Assembly (NCBI GenBank): GCA_963803825.1
Contig: CAWDOJ010000011.1
Span: forward strand, 211,170-275,169
DNA length: 64,000 nucleotides
Source of the DNA: an uncultured Verrucomicrobiae bacterium
GTDB taxonomy: Bacteria; Verrucomicrobiota; Verrucomicrobiia; Chthoniobacterales; JAATET01
Reading direction: 5' to 3'
Position 1 is the stretch's first letter; each line of letters starts with the position of its first letter. This document shows positions 36,971 to 47,412 of this stretch, piece after piece. The notes under the pieces are model-generated. The model made no database searches. It saw nothing but the letters and a program-made list of their open reading frames with translations, and had not been told where the DNA came from. Made by a program: the position numbers and the translations under genes.

Positions 36971-39582
36971 GAGATTAAGGCCGACTCGGCCAGCGGGAGT
37001 TCGATGGTGAAAAGTGCCCCGCCTTCGGGCGGATTTTCCGCTCGGATCACCCCTCGGTGCGAATGGATAATTGTATGGCAGATACTTAGTCCCATTCCCA
37101 TTCCAGAACCGACGTCCCGGGTCGTGAAAAATGGATCGAAGATTCGGCTGATGATGTCTTTCGGTATACCGGGGCCGCTGTCTCGCACCCGCAGGACCGC
37201 CTGATCGCCGACCGTATCTCCGGAGATCCAAACGACGCGTTCGCCCGGCAGATTGGCTTCGCTCATCGCGCGATTCGCGTTATTGAGCAGATTAATGAAG
37301 ACGTGCATGAGCTGCGTCTTCTGGCCGCGCAGCTGCAAGCCGTCGGGGAGATCGATATCGATCCGCACACCCTCCATTTCGCCGGCGACGATCTTCATTG
37401 CGTTGCGGAGCAATTCCGCCACCGCTACGTCCGACTCCGTCCCGGCCTTCTCGGGGAAAGCAAACGTCTTGAGATCGGTCACCACGTCGCGGATGCGAGT
37501 CATCCCTTCCTCAACGTCGTCAAAAATATCCTGCATTCCTTCGGACAGCGTGTCTCGCGACATCTTTGCGACGCTCATCGCCGTGAGGGTGTAGTTGAGA
37601 GGGTTGTTGATTTCGTGCAGCAACCCAGCCGACATCGAGCCGATTGCGTTCATTTTTTCGCTCTGAATGAGCATCGTCTCCGTATCACGCAGCTTGCCGA
37701 AAGTCGCCGTGAGTTCATCGTTTTTCGTCCGGAGATCGCGTTGCATCTGCCCGGCGCGAAGGAGATTCCGCACCCGGGTCCGCACCTCGATGCTGCTGAA
37801 AGGCTTGGTGAGAAAATCGTCCGCTCCAGCTTGCAGCGCGTCGATCTTCGACTCTTCGTCCGCCCGCGCCGTGAGTAGCACGATCTTCAGATCGCGATTC
37901 GCGTCGTGGGCCCGCAGCGTCTGGCAGAGCTCCAGTCCGTCCTTGCCCGGCATCATCCAATCCAGCACGACGAGATCGGGGCGGTGCTTCGCGACGAGTT
38001 CCTCGACGTTCCCGCCGTGCTGCGTCTGGACAACGCGGTAGTCCTCCGCCAACAGCGACACGACGTAGCGCCGCATGTCGTGCTCGTCGTCGGCGACTAA
38101 CACGACCTGGGAACCCGATCCAACCTCGGGCAGCTCCACGTCCGCCGAGTCGTCGTAGGTCCAACTCCGATCCGCCGACCGAAACGCCTTCTCAAAAGGC
38201 TCCTCGAGATCGTCCAATGCGACGCGATCCATCGGCTCGGACTCGACCGCTGCCGCCCCCGTGGCCGGCAGAGTGACCCGAAATGCGCTCCCCTCGCCGA
38301 CCACGCTCTCGACGCCTAACGTGCCGCCGTGCTGCTCGACCAATTCCTGCGCGAGCGCCAAGCCGATGCCAACCCCTTGATTCTGATTCGCAGCGTTACT
38401 TTTGACTTGGTGGAATCGGTCAAACACGCGCGCAAGGTCCTCCGGCGGAATACCGACGCCGGTGTCCGCTACTTCGAACCAAAAACCGCCCGCCTCAACG
38501 GCACCTGATCGCACGGCGATCGAGCCGCCTGCGGGGGTGTACTTCATCGCGTTCGTCAGCAGGTTGAGTAGCACTTTTTCGATCCGCGCTGGGTCGAAGT
38601 CGGCCCGCAGGTCGCCCGGCCCACTCTCGATTTTGATCCTCAGCCGCTTCGATAACCCCAGGTGGCGCACGGATTCAATGATCCCGCTCAGAAACTCGTC
38701 GACGTCTACCGTCTTTCGGCGCAAGACGTCCACGCCTTGATCCATCCGCGTGAGATCGAGAAGATCGTTGATCAACTTCAGCAACCGCAGCGTATTGCGC
38801 TGAACCACGATCATCGTCCCGTGGATCGCCGGATCGAGTTGATCCGCCCGACGCAACAAATCTGCTACCGGACTCAGAATGAGAGTCAGCGGCGTCCGCA
38901 ACTCGTGGCTGACGTTGGAAAAAAACTGCGTTTTGAGGCGGTCGAGATCGCGCAGCTCCCGGTTGCGTTCGTCGAGCTGATGCCGCAGGCGGAATTCTTC
39001 GAACCTCGTTTTCGAGAGATACCACGTCATGCCGATGCAGACCGCCGTTGTTATCACCAGAAAGAACCCGCCAAATCCCAAGGCTTCGTAGCCCCCGGCG
39101 TCGGCGAAATCCGGATTCAACACGCACGCTACAACGTACGCTGCGAGCGAGACCACGCACATGATGATCGTTTCGAGAACGGTCCACGGCGAGACGATCG
39201 CCCAGCAAGTCAAGATCAAGGTGAGGCCCGCGTGGTAGGGTGAGGTCGCCCCGTCCGTGCGGAAGATCATGAACGTCATCGCGAAGTTGATCGTCAACGC
39301 CGACAGCACACCGAGAGCTTTCACGCCAGCCAACGATCCCCTCCGCCGGGCTAGCAAAAGCAGTGCGCTCAAAACGACGAGCACAAGATCGGCCCCAAAC
39401 CGGAGGGCCAAAAATTCGCCGAAGTGATCGGGATACAGGAAGTAATCGAGCACGAACCCTCCGGGCAGGGCTACCATTGCCACCCCGTTCATCACGAGAA
39501 GGCTCCGTGACAATCGACCGACGCTCTCGCGGCGGTAGGCGCCCCGAAGCTCGGCATTCGATTTTTCGACTTTGGTCGTCAT
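36964..39582 (-). CDS. membrane sensor kinase with HK-REC-HK architecture (N-terminal half PhcS-like)
   Basis: The ATG at 39582 gives MTTKVEKS. About 6 hydrophobic helices; SHELRTPLTLI plus HATPase (DTGVGI, GVGIGLALA); REC (VVLVADDEHDMR...VVLDWMMPGKDG...LLTA...KP); second H-box LLHEINNPLNY plus a second HATPase (DSGPGI, GMGMGLSI). Confidence 0.8.
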   Translation of the reverse strand: MTTKVEKSNAELRGAYRRESVGRLSRSLLVMNGVAMVALPGGFVLDYFLYPDHFGEFLALRFGADLVLVVLSALLLLARRRGSLAGVKALGVLSALTINFAMTFMIFRTDGATSPYHAGLTLILTCWAIVSPWTVLETIIMCVVSLAAYVVACVLNPDFADAGGYEALGFGGFFLVITTAVCIGMTWYLSKTRFEEFRLRHQLDERNRELRDLDRLKTQFFSNVSHELRTPLTLILSPVADLLRRADQLDPAIHGTMIVVQRNTLRLLKLINDLLDLTRMDQGVDVLRRKTVDVDEFLSGIIESVRHLGLSKRLRIKIESGPGDLRADFDPARIEKVLLNLLTNAMKYTPAGGSIAVRSGAVEAGGFWFEVADTGVGIPPEDLARVFDRFHQVKSNAANQNQGVGIGLALAQELVEQHGGTLGVESVVGEGSAFRVTLPATGAAAVESEPMDRVALDDLEEPFEKAFRSADRSWTYDDSADVELPEVGSGSQVVLVADDEHDMRRYVVSLLAEDYRVVQTQHGGNVEELVAKHRPDLVVLDWMMPGKDGLELCQTLRAHDANRDLKIVLLTARADEESKIDALQAGADDFLTKPFSSIEVRTRVRNLLRAGQMQRDLRTKNDELTATFGKLRDTETMLIQSEKMNAIGSMSAGLLHEINNPLNYTLTAMSVAKMSRDTLSEGMQDIFDDVEEGMTRIRDVVTDLKTFAFPEKAGTESDVAVAELLRNAMKIVAGEMEGVRIDIDLPDGLQLRGQKTQLMHVFINLLNNANRAMSEANLPGERVVWISGDTVGDQAVLRVRDSGPGIPKDIISRIFDPFFTTRDVGSGMGMGLSICHTIIHSHRGVIRAENPPEGGALFTIELPLAESALISC

Positions 39583-40977
39583 CCCTCTTTTCGAACCGTC
39601 AGAAATACGTTCACCCCGGTCTCGTCGGGAAAGACCTCGGAGTCTGCTCCCTTCGGCGCGAGGGAGAGGAGGTGGTTTTCGTCCCGGTAGACCAGAAACC
39701 ATTCGAGCAGATGCTCCATCAGGTAGCGTTCGGGGTTGTTCGGATGCACGTTTGTCGCGACGAGTAACCCACCGGGCCGCACCCAATTGTGATAGAGCTG
39801 GAGCAGATTGCGGCAAACGTTGTCCGGGAAATAATCGAACAAGCCCGCGCAATAAATCATGTCGTAGCTCGGCAGAAATCCTTCCTCCTCGAAGTGAATA
39901 TTCTTGAGCAGATCATCGACCGATTTCTGGATGAATTTGATCGTTGGCTTACGCCCACTTTCGTTCGTTGCCGCCTGCATCCGGCTCGTGACGTAGGCCA
40001 GCGTCTCGTCGTTGAAGTCCATGAGGTGCAGCGCACTTTCGTTGGCGAGATCGTTGTTCCGAATGAACCGCTGGATTTCTACCGCGGGTCCGCACGCGAT
40101 CGTCAGCACGGTGAAGATACGCTGCTCCTCGGTGACGCGCTCGGCCTCTTCGCCGAGCAGGCGCTCGAGGATGGTGATGCGGTTGCGATGCGCCACGCAG
40201 GCCGCCACGCTGGACGTGATGTCGTGAAAGATCCGCGCGTAAGTGTTCGTGCCGGTCGTCGCGGACTCCTGCAGCATCATGTTCACCATCTCGTAGTCAC
40301 CCGCGTAACCCAGCGGCTTGAAAAACGTCCGCCACACGAACGGCGCCGCCAGCATGTACGGGTGCATCTCGCGGCGGGCAAACGCCTTGTAGGCACTCGC
40401 GTCCTCTTCCGGCACGTCGGCAGCAGCCTTTTGAAAGAGATCCAACAGATCGCCGACCTTCCGTGTCAGCGGCGCTTCCAACGACTGGCGAAACGCCGAC
40501 GCGCGATCGGAGTCGATCTTCTGGTCGCCGACGATCGCCGTCTCGGCCTCCTCGATCCAGCGACTCGTCTCCGCGAGGAAGTTCGAGAATTTGTTCACCG
40601 CGAGCTGGTAGCCCTCGGCCAGCTCCAGGCCCTCTTCCCAATCCTGAATGAACTTATCCAGCTCCTCGCCGAGCGCTGCGCCTGGCTCGAGGTGGTCGAG
40701 CGCGTTCCACGCGTCGATCAGCGTGACCGACGCGATCACCATGAGGCCCGTCGCGACCAGACTGGTGACCACTCCGCGGCCTCGATAGATCACCCGTTCA
40801 CCCCGCATCACCGAGAAGCTCTTGGAGCACCTCGCTGAGCTGGATGAGCGAATACGGATTGTAGACCTCGAAGACGGCGATCGTCCGCGAGATGTGGACG
40901 AGGGTCCCTCGTCCGTTGAGTCCAGCCGTGTTCGTAAATGCCACGACGCTGTCGATGCCCGCTAATGCCTTTTCCAC
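39579..40977 (-). CDS. PhcB-like class I SAM-dependent methyltransferase; +1 break near 40813 joins an unlisted 59-codon ORF to the listed ORF
   Basis: Listed ORF 39579..40811 contains KPLGYAGDYEMVNMM, motif I VLTIACGPAVE, LHLMDFNDE, YDMIYCAGLFDYF and VRPGGLLVATN. An unlisted ORF, GTG 40977 to TGA 40798, reads VEKALAGIDSVVAFTNTAGLNGRGTLVHISRTIAVFEVYNPYSLIQLSEVLQELLGDAG. It has GC-rich third positions. Removing one G near 40813 fuses it in frame (...ELLVMRGERVIYRGRGVV...). Confidence 0.6.
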
Positions 40978-40995
40978 AATTCGATTTCCGAGGGT

Positions 40996-43900
40996 TTAGT
41001 TTTTCCAGATTTTTTCGGCGGCCATCGCGGCCATTTGCTGAACGTTTGGTCCCTTGAGGAGTTCCATCGCGGAAAAACTCACGCCGATGCGCTCCTTCAC
41101 TCCAAGTCCAAGCTCGAGAACCATGAGCGAATCCACGCCCATTTCGTTCAGCCTCCGATTCACCGGCACGGAGTCCTTCGCCATTCGCAAGGTCTTGGCG
41201 AGCACCTCTTGGAGGTGGTCCTCCATCACCCGCAACCGCCGCTCCGGGGAAGCTCGCGGAGTGTTCCCGCCGGAGTTCCGACGCTACTCCGCCACCGCCC
41301 GCTTCCCCGGCGCCGCGCATCTCCGCAAACCGCGAATCGCCCGCGATTCTCGGATTCGCCTCGCGCCACCGGTCCCAGTCTACGAGAAACGCGCCGACTT
41401 GCGCCGACCCCAGACCAATCGCTTTCTCCAGAGCCGCGAAAGCTTCCGCGTTCGTTAAGCCCGTGATTCCCGCTGCCACCAAGGCCGCTTCGATCCGCTT
41501 GTCCTGCGCGACGATCCCGGACTCGGCCAGCGCGCCAAGATTCAGAGACGTCGCCGGCACTCCGCGACTTCGCAACCAACGCGCGAGCCCGTCCAACGTC
41601 GCGTTTGCCGCGACGTAGTTCGTCTGACCGGCGTTTCCGATGAGCGCCGACACCGACGAATAGAAAACGAAGAAATCCAAACCCGCGTCTTCGCCCAAAG
41701 CCTCGGCTAGGTTCCAAGCCCCCGCTACTTTCGGCAGAAAGACCCGGCGAAACCGCTCTTCCGTCAGGTCTGCGATCCCCACGTCGTCGAGCACGTTGGC
41801 CCCGTGCACGATCCCGCGAAGCCGGAACGGATCGGTCCGCCCGGCCTCGATCAACCCGCGAGCCGCACCCGGGTCCGTCACGTCCGCTGCCAGCACCTCG
41901 ACCTCCGTCCCTTGCGATCTTGCGAATGCCAAAGTCTCCTCCATCCCGGTTGCCGCGGCACCCGACCGACTTGCAAGGATCACCTTCCCTGCCCCCCGCT
42001 CCGCCAACCACCGAGCGGTCGACAACCCGAATCCCGCCGTCCCTCCGGTCACGATGTAACACCCATCCCGCTGGACGACAGGCTCGCCGCCCAGCGGAGC
42101 GATGACCTCGAGTTCGCCATCGGCAAAATCGATCAGCAATTTTCCGACCTGCTCGCTCCGGGCCATCAGCCCGAACGCGTCCGCGATCTCTTTCGCCGGG
42201 AAAACTCGCGGAGCTGAGAATTCGAAATCTCCCTTCGCAAGGTGTGCAAACACGGCCTCCAGCGTCCGGCGGACGACTTCGGGGCGCTCGAGCGCCAGCT
42301 GGTCCATGTCCACCGCCGCGAAGGTGAGGTTGTGACCGAAAGCCCGCATCGGCAGCCCGTTGTCTTCGGCGATGTCCTTCTTCCCAATCTCGACGTAGCG
42401 CCCCCCGTCCGCAACGTTCCCAGCCCCGCGTGCATTGCCGGCCCGGTCTGCGCGCCGATCACCACGTCCACGCCCTGGCCTCCCGTCGCCTCGCGGATCC
42501 CAGTCGCGAAGTCCAAAGTCCGCGACGAAAACACGTGCCGCACACCCGTCTCGCGCAAGGCCAGCCGTTTCTCTTCCGAACCCGCCGTTGCAAAGATCTC
42601 CGCGCCGATCCACCGGGCGATCGCCATCGCCGCCTGCCCCACGCCCCCCGTCGCGTGGTGAATGAGCACCCGCTCGCCCCGCCGCAGCCGCCCGACTTCC
42701 AGTAGGCCGTAATACGCCGCCCCAAAGACGACCGGCACCGCCGCCGCCGCCATTCCCAGACCATCCGGGATGCGAACCACCGATTCCGCGCCGACCGTAG
42801 CGTAGGTGCGAAAGCTGTCCCGCGTCATCACCACGACCTGGTCGCCCTCGACGAACCCGGTCCCGGGTCCAACGCGCACGACCACGCCCGCGCACTCCAT
42901 CCCGATCGCCGACCCGGTCACCGTGCCCTCCAGCGCCAAGGGATGCAGTCGACCCTCGATCTTGAGCAAGTCTTTGTAATTCAGGCCCGCTCGGTGCACC
43001 CGCACCTCGACCTCGCCGTCGCCGGGGGCGATTCGCTCCGTGCTTTGGAAATGAAGCGAGTCCAGTTTGCCCTTCACCCCCACGACCAACCGCACCGCCG
43101 AGTCGACCGACTCCCACCGCCGCTCCGGTTCGACCGGCTTGTCGGCCAGCGCCGCAATCCGCCGCTCGCAGCGCACACCGTCGCGGTAGACGATCTCGCC
43201 GCTCGATCCCGCAGCGAGTTCGGCGGCGACCCACTCCGCTCCGCCGGATGCGGGCAGGCCGATCGACCGAGCCGTGACGTGGTCGAGTTCGTTCTGAGCG
43301 ACCAGCGCGACTGCGGCGAGACCACTGGTCGCCCAACCGCCCGCGTCCCGCGTCACAAAAGTCACGTCCCGCGGGTTGTCCAGAGCGGTGACCAAGCGGA
43401 CGATTTTCTGATTCAGCGCCAACACTTCCGCCACCGGATCGCCCTTCGACCGTCGCGTCCCCCACAAGACCACGAGCCGACCCCGATCCGTCTCCGCGCA
43501 ACCGAGAATCGCGCCCGGCAAAGTCGCTTGAATCTCGTGGCACAACTCGAAGTCAGAATCCTCTTCGTCCGCGAGGATCGCCACATCGCTGCCGTCGATG
43601 GAGCGCTGCACAGGCGGCAACTCGATCGGTCGCATCGCGACTTCGTGCAGCCATCTCTTCCCAGCGTCGACCAACTTGGAATCGATCAACTGCAATGCCA
43701 TCCGGTGCGCGTGCGCCAGCACCTGCCCGTCGCCATCGAGCAACCAAACGTTTGCCGTCAGCCGCGATTCCGATCGCTGCGTCAACACCCCGTAGGCGTA
43801 GACCGCAGGAGACTTCGGCCGTGCGTGATACGTGAACCGCTCGATGGAAAATGGCACGAAGAGCCCCGCCTGCCCGGAACGGTAAAGAATCGGCTGGATC

Positions 43901-46900
43901 GCCGCATCGAAGAGCGTCGGGTGCAGCGGGTGCCCGACCTCCCCCACCACCGCCGCCGCGTCCAATTCGAGCAGATACGTCCCGTCGCCCAGCCGCACCT
44001 CCGTCGTCGGTCGAAACGCCGGTCCGTAGTGCAAGCCCCGCCGCTCCAGGTCGTCGTAGAAAACGTCGACCGCCAACGATTCCCCGCAGCCGCCTCGCAG
44101 CTTTGCCAGGTCCAGCCGCTCCTCCGCCAGCTCCGCTTGCGGCGACATTCGCCCGCGACAATGCCGCGACACGCCGTCCTCCCCCTCGGTCCGGCTGGAG
44201 ATCGTGAACCGCCCGGCCTCCGGATCGTGCTCCGTGAGTAGGTATTGCAGCTTCGCCGGATCGACCACCAGCACTCGCTCGAAGCTCACGCTGTCGAGCA
44301 CGACCGACGCCGTTCCGTTCACCTCCGCGCTCAACGTCAGCGCAGCGTCCACGTAGCCCAATCCCGCAAACACCGTCTGGTTTTGCACGCCGTGGTCCAT
44401 CAGAAACGGGAAATAATTTCGATTCACCTCGACCTCCCAGCACGCCGACGGCCCGACGACCGGCGTGCTCAGATACACCGGTCCGTCCCCGGCACCGAGC
44501 CGCTCGATCTCCGAGCGCTCCGACTCCACCCAGTGCCGCTGGCGCTGCCACGGATACTGAGGCCCGGCCACGAGCAGACCCCGCTCCGGGGCGAAGACCC
44601 GCCAATCCAAAGCCTTCCCCGCGCAGTCCAGCTCCGTCGCCGTCTGCTGCAGCCGCTCGATCTCCCCTTCCTTTCGCCGGAGCGACACGAAGCCCGCGAC
44701 GCGCGCATCCCGCGCCGCCGCGCATTCCTTGATGGAATTTCCCAGCACCGGGTGGGGCCCGATTTCCAGAAATTGCGACCAACCCGCCGCAAACATCGCC
44801 GCCATCGCGTCCGCAAATCGCACCGATTGCCGCACGTTTTTCCACCAATATTCCGCCGTCCATTCCCCGCCCTCCGACGCCTCCCCGCTCACCGTGGAAT
44901 AAAGCGGCAGCCGCGCCGCTTTCGGCGCCAGCGACCGTAGCGCGTCCAGGATCTCCTCCCGGATCGGGTCCATCTGCGGGCTGTGATACGCCACTTCGAC
45001 CCGCAGAAATTTCTGAAAAATCTCCGCCGCCTCGAGTTCCGCCGCCACAGCTTCCAGCTCCGGCCGGTCCCCCGACAACGTCACCGCGCTGAAGCTATTC
45101 ACCGCCGCGACCGACACCCCCGCCCGACCCCGCAGATACGGCGCGACGTCCGCCTCCGACAACCCCACCGCTAGCATCGCCCCCCGACCCGCCGTCGTCT
45201 GCTGCAATCGGCTGCGATGGTAGCTCACCAGCACCGCTTCCTCCATCGTGTACACCCCCGCCGCCCACGCCGCCGACACCTCACCCACGCTGTGACCCAC
45301 CACCGCCGTTGGCCGGATCCCCCAGCTCTCCCACAGCCGGACGAGCCCGACCTGCAGCGCGAAATTCGCCGGCTGCGCCACCTCCGTCCGCTCCATCCGC
45401 GACTCCGCCTCCGGAGCCAACATCGCCTCGCGCACCGACCACCCGGCCAGCTTCTCAAAATATCCGTCCACCTCCGCGACCGCTTCGGCGAACACCGGCT
45501 CGTTCTCGATCAGCTCCCGGCCCATCGCCCACCACTGCGGCCCCATCCCGGTGAAGACAAACGCCAGCCCGCCGCTCCCAGCCACCCCCGTCACGACCCC
45601 CTCGTGCGTCTCGCCCGTCGACGCAGCGATGAGGCGCTCCCGCAACTCCTCCGCGCTCCCCGCCCTCACGACGCAGCGCGTCGCCAAATGACCCCGCCGA
45701 AACGCGAGGGTGTGCGCCAGATCGTCCAGCGCTCCCGTTTTTCCCCGTCCCAGCAAAAACGCCCACTTCCCTGTCAGATCTCGCAACCCCGCCTCGTTTG
45801 CCGCCGAGAAGGGGAACATCTGGACCCCCCCGCGTTCTTCCGTAGGCGGTGCGCCCGCACTCGCCAACCCCGGAGCCGACTCCAGCAGCACGTGCGCATT
45901 CGTCCCGCCGTACCCGAAGCCGTTCACCCCCACGAGCAGCGATGCGCGATCCTCGACCCCCGGCAGATCTGTGACCTCGGTCACGATGCGCAGGTTGTAA
46001 TCCTCCCAAGGGATCTTCGGATTCGGCGTCTTGAAATGCAGATTTCTCGGGATCTGCCGGTGCTTGAGCACGCCGATCGCCTTCAGCATTCCCGCCACGC
46101 CCGCCGCCGCCTCGAGGTGGCCGACGTTCGTCTTGACCGATCCGACCAGCAGCGGCTCCGTCCGCCCAACCGAGAAGTTTTCATCCAGCGCCGCCAGCTC
46201 CGCCGGATCCCCTGCCTGCGTCCCCGTCCCATGCGCCTCGACGTAGTCCACCGTCCCCGGCGCGACGCCGGCCCGCTCGTAAACCTCCCGCACCAACCCG
46301 CTCTGCGCCGATCCACTCGGCAGCGACAAGCCCTCCGTGCGCCCGTCGCTGTTCACGCCCGATCCACGGATCACCGCGTGAATCGGATCCCCGTCCGCCT
46401 GCGCCCTCGCGAGAGATTTGATGAGAAACACTCCCGCGCCCTCGCCCCGCGCGTAGCCCGCCGCCGATTCGTCGAAGGCGTGGCACTCCCCGTGGTGCGA
46501 AAGAAAATGCCCCTTACTCATCAGCACCGGGTACTCGGGCCGGGTCATCACGTTCACCCCACCCGCTAGCGCCATGTCCGCCTCACCCGCCCGCAAGCTC
46601 TGGCAGGCGTAGTGTATCGCCACCAAGGACGACGAACACGCCGTGTCCAGCGTGAGACTCGGCCCCCGCAGGTCGAAGGCGTGCGAGAGCCGATTCGACA
46701 GCACCGTCATCATCACTCCGCCCGGCGCGTGCGCGTCCATCAAGTGCTGATTGCTCGGTTGCGCTCGCAGCAGCAAATGATCCAGGCAAAATCCCCCCAC
46801 GAACACCCCGGTTCGCGACCCGGCCATCCGCTCCACCGGCAATCCCGCATCCTCGAACGCCTCCCACGTCGACTCCAGCAACAGGCGCTGCTGCGGATCC

Positions 46901-47256
46901 ATGCTCGCCGCCTCCCGAGGGGTGATCCCGAAGACCAGGGGGTCAAATTGCCGCACGTCCTGATCCAGCCAGGCGCCCTTCGGTGCGTAAGTTTTCCCGG
47001 GACGCGCCGGATCCTCGTCCCAATACCGCCGCCAATCCCAACGGTCTGACTTGATCGGCTTCAACGCGTTTCCGCCCTTGAGGAGGAAACGCCAGAACGC
47101 CGTGAGCGAATTGCCACTCGGCGGCATCCGGCAGCCGATGCCGATGATGGCAAACCGATCAGACACATCATCATCTTCAACCACGCCGAAGGGGTCTATC
47201 AGGAAACTCTTGTTTTCACCAAGCGCCGATCTGAGAAAACAGCGTCCGGGCAGCAA
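40996..47256 (-). CDS. single-module fully reducing type I polyketide/fatty-acid synthase, KS-AT-DH-(psiKR)-ER-KR-ACP; breaks near 42412 and 41245-41275
   Basis: KS: DTACSSSL (Cys codon 46636-46638), EAHGTGT, NVGH. AT: GHSVGE (Ser codon 45289-45291). DH: LMDHGVQNQTVFAG (His codon 44392-44394). ER: LIHHATGGVGQAA. KR, in the frame of ORF 40808..43543: VTGGTAGFGL...YSSVSALIGNAGQTNYVAAN. ACP, ORF 40996..41235: GVDSLM (Ser codon 41128-41130). The ORF ends 27 codons after the ACP helix region, with no TE domain. Confidence 0.85.
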
Positions 47257-47412
47257 GATCGGGGATCCCCCGATTCCGCTCGGCCACTACCAGCCAGACG
47301 CCGCAACGGTTTTCTCCCCCCAGCACCATGCACGGGTCACCCACGGCAGCCGCAATCGCCCCTTCCCCCCCCGGCCAAAGTCTGATCCAGTCGCAAAGAT
47401 CCAGTCAAAACC

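Noticed and set aside
40996-41235. A search for a thioesterase or reductase release domain after the ACP, or in the 18-nt gap before the MT.
   Set aside because: The ACP frame stops at TAA 40996-40998, and no GxSxG-type or Rossmann motif occurs in any frame between 40798 and 40996. The only coding-like frame there is the 59-codon ORF assigned to the MT.
40808-43543. The listed 911-aa ORF taken as an independent gene.
   Set aside because: Only its middle portion (about 41280-42410) is real; that part is the ER C-terminus and KR of the PKS. The N-terminal ~380 aa and the last ~150 aa are Gly/Arg-rich off-frame readings of the DH/ER and ACP/MT regions.
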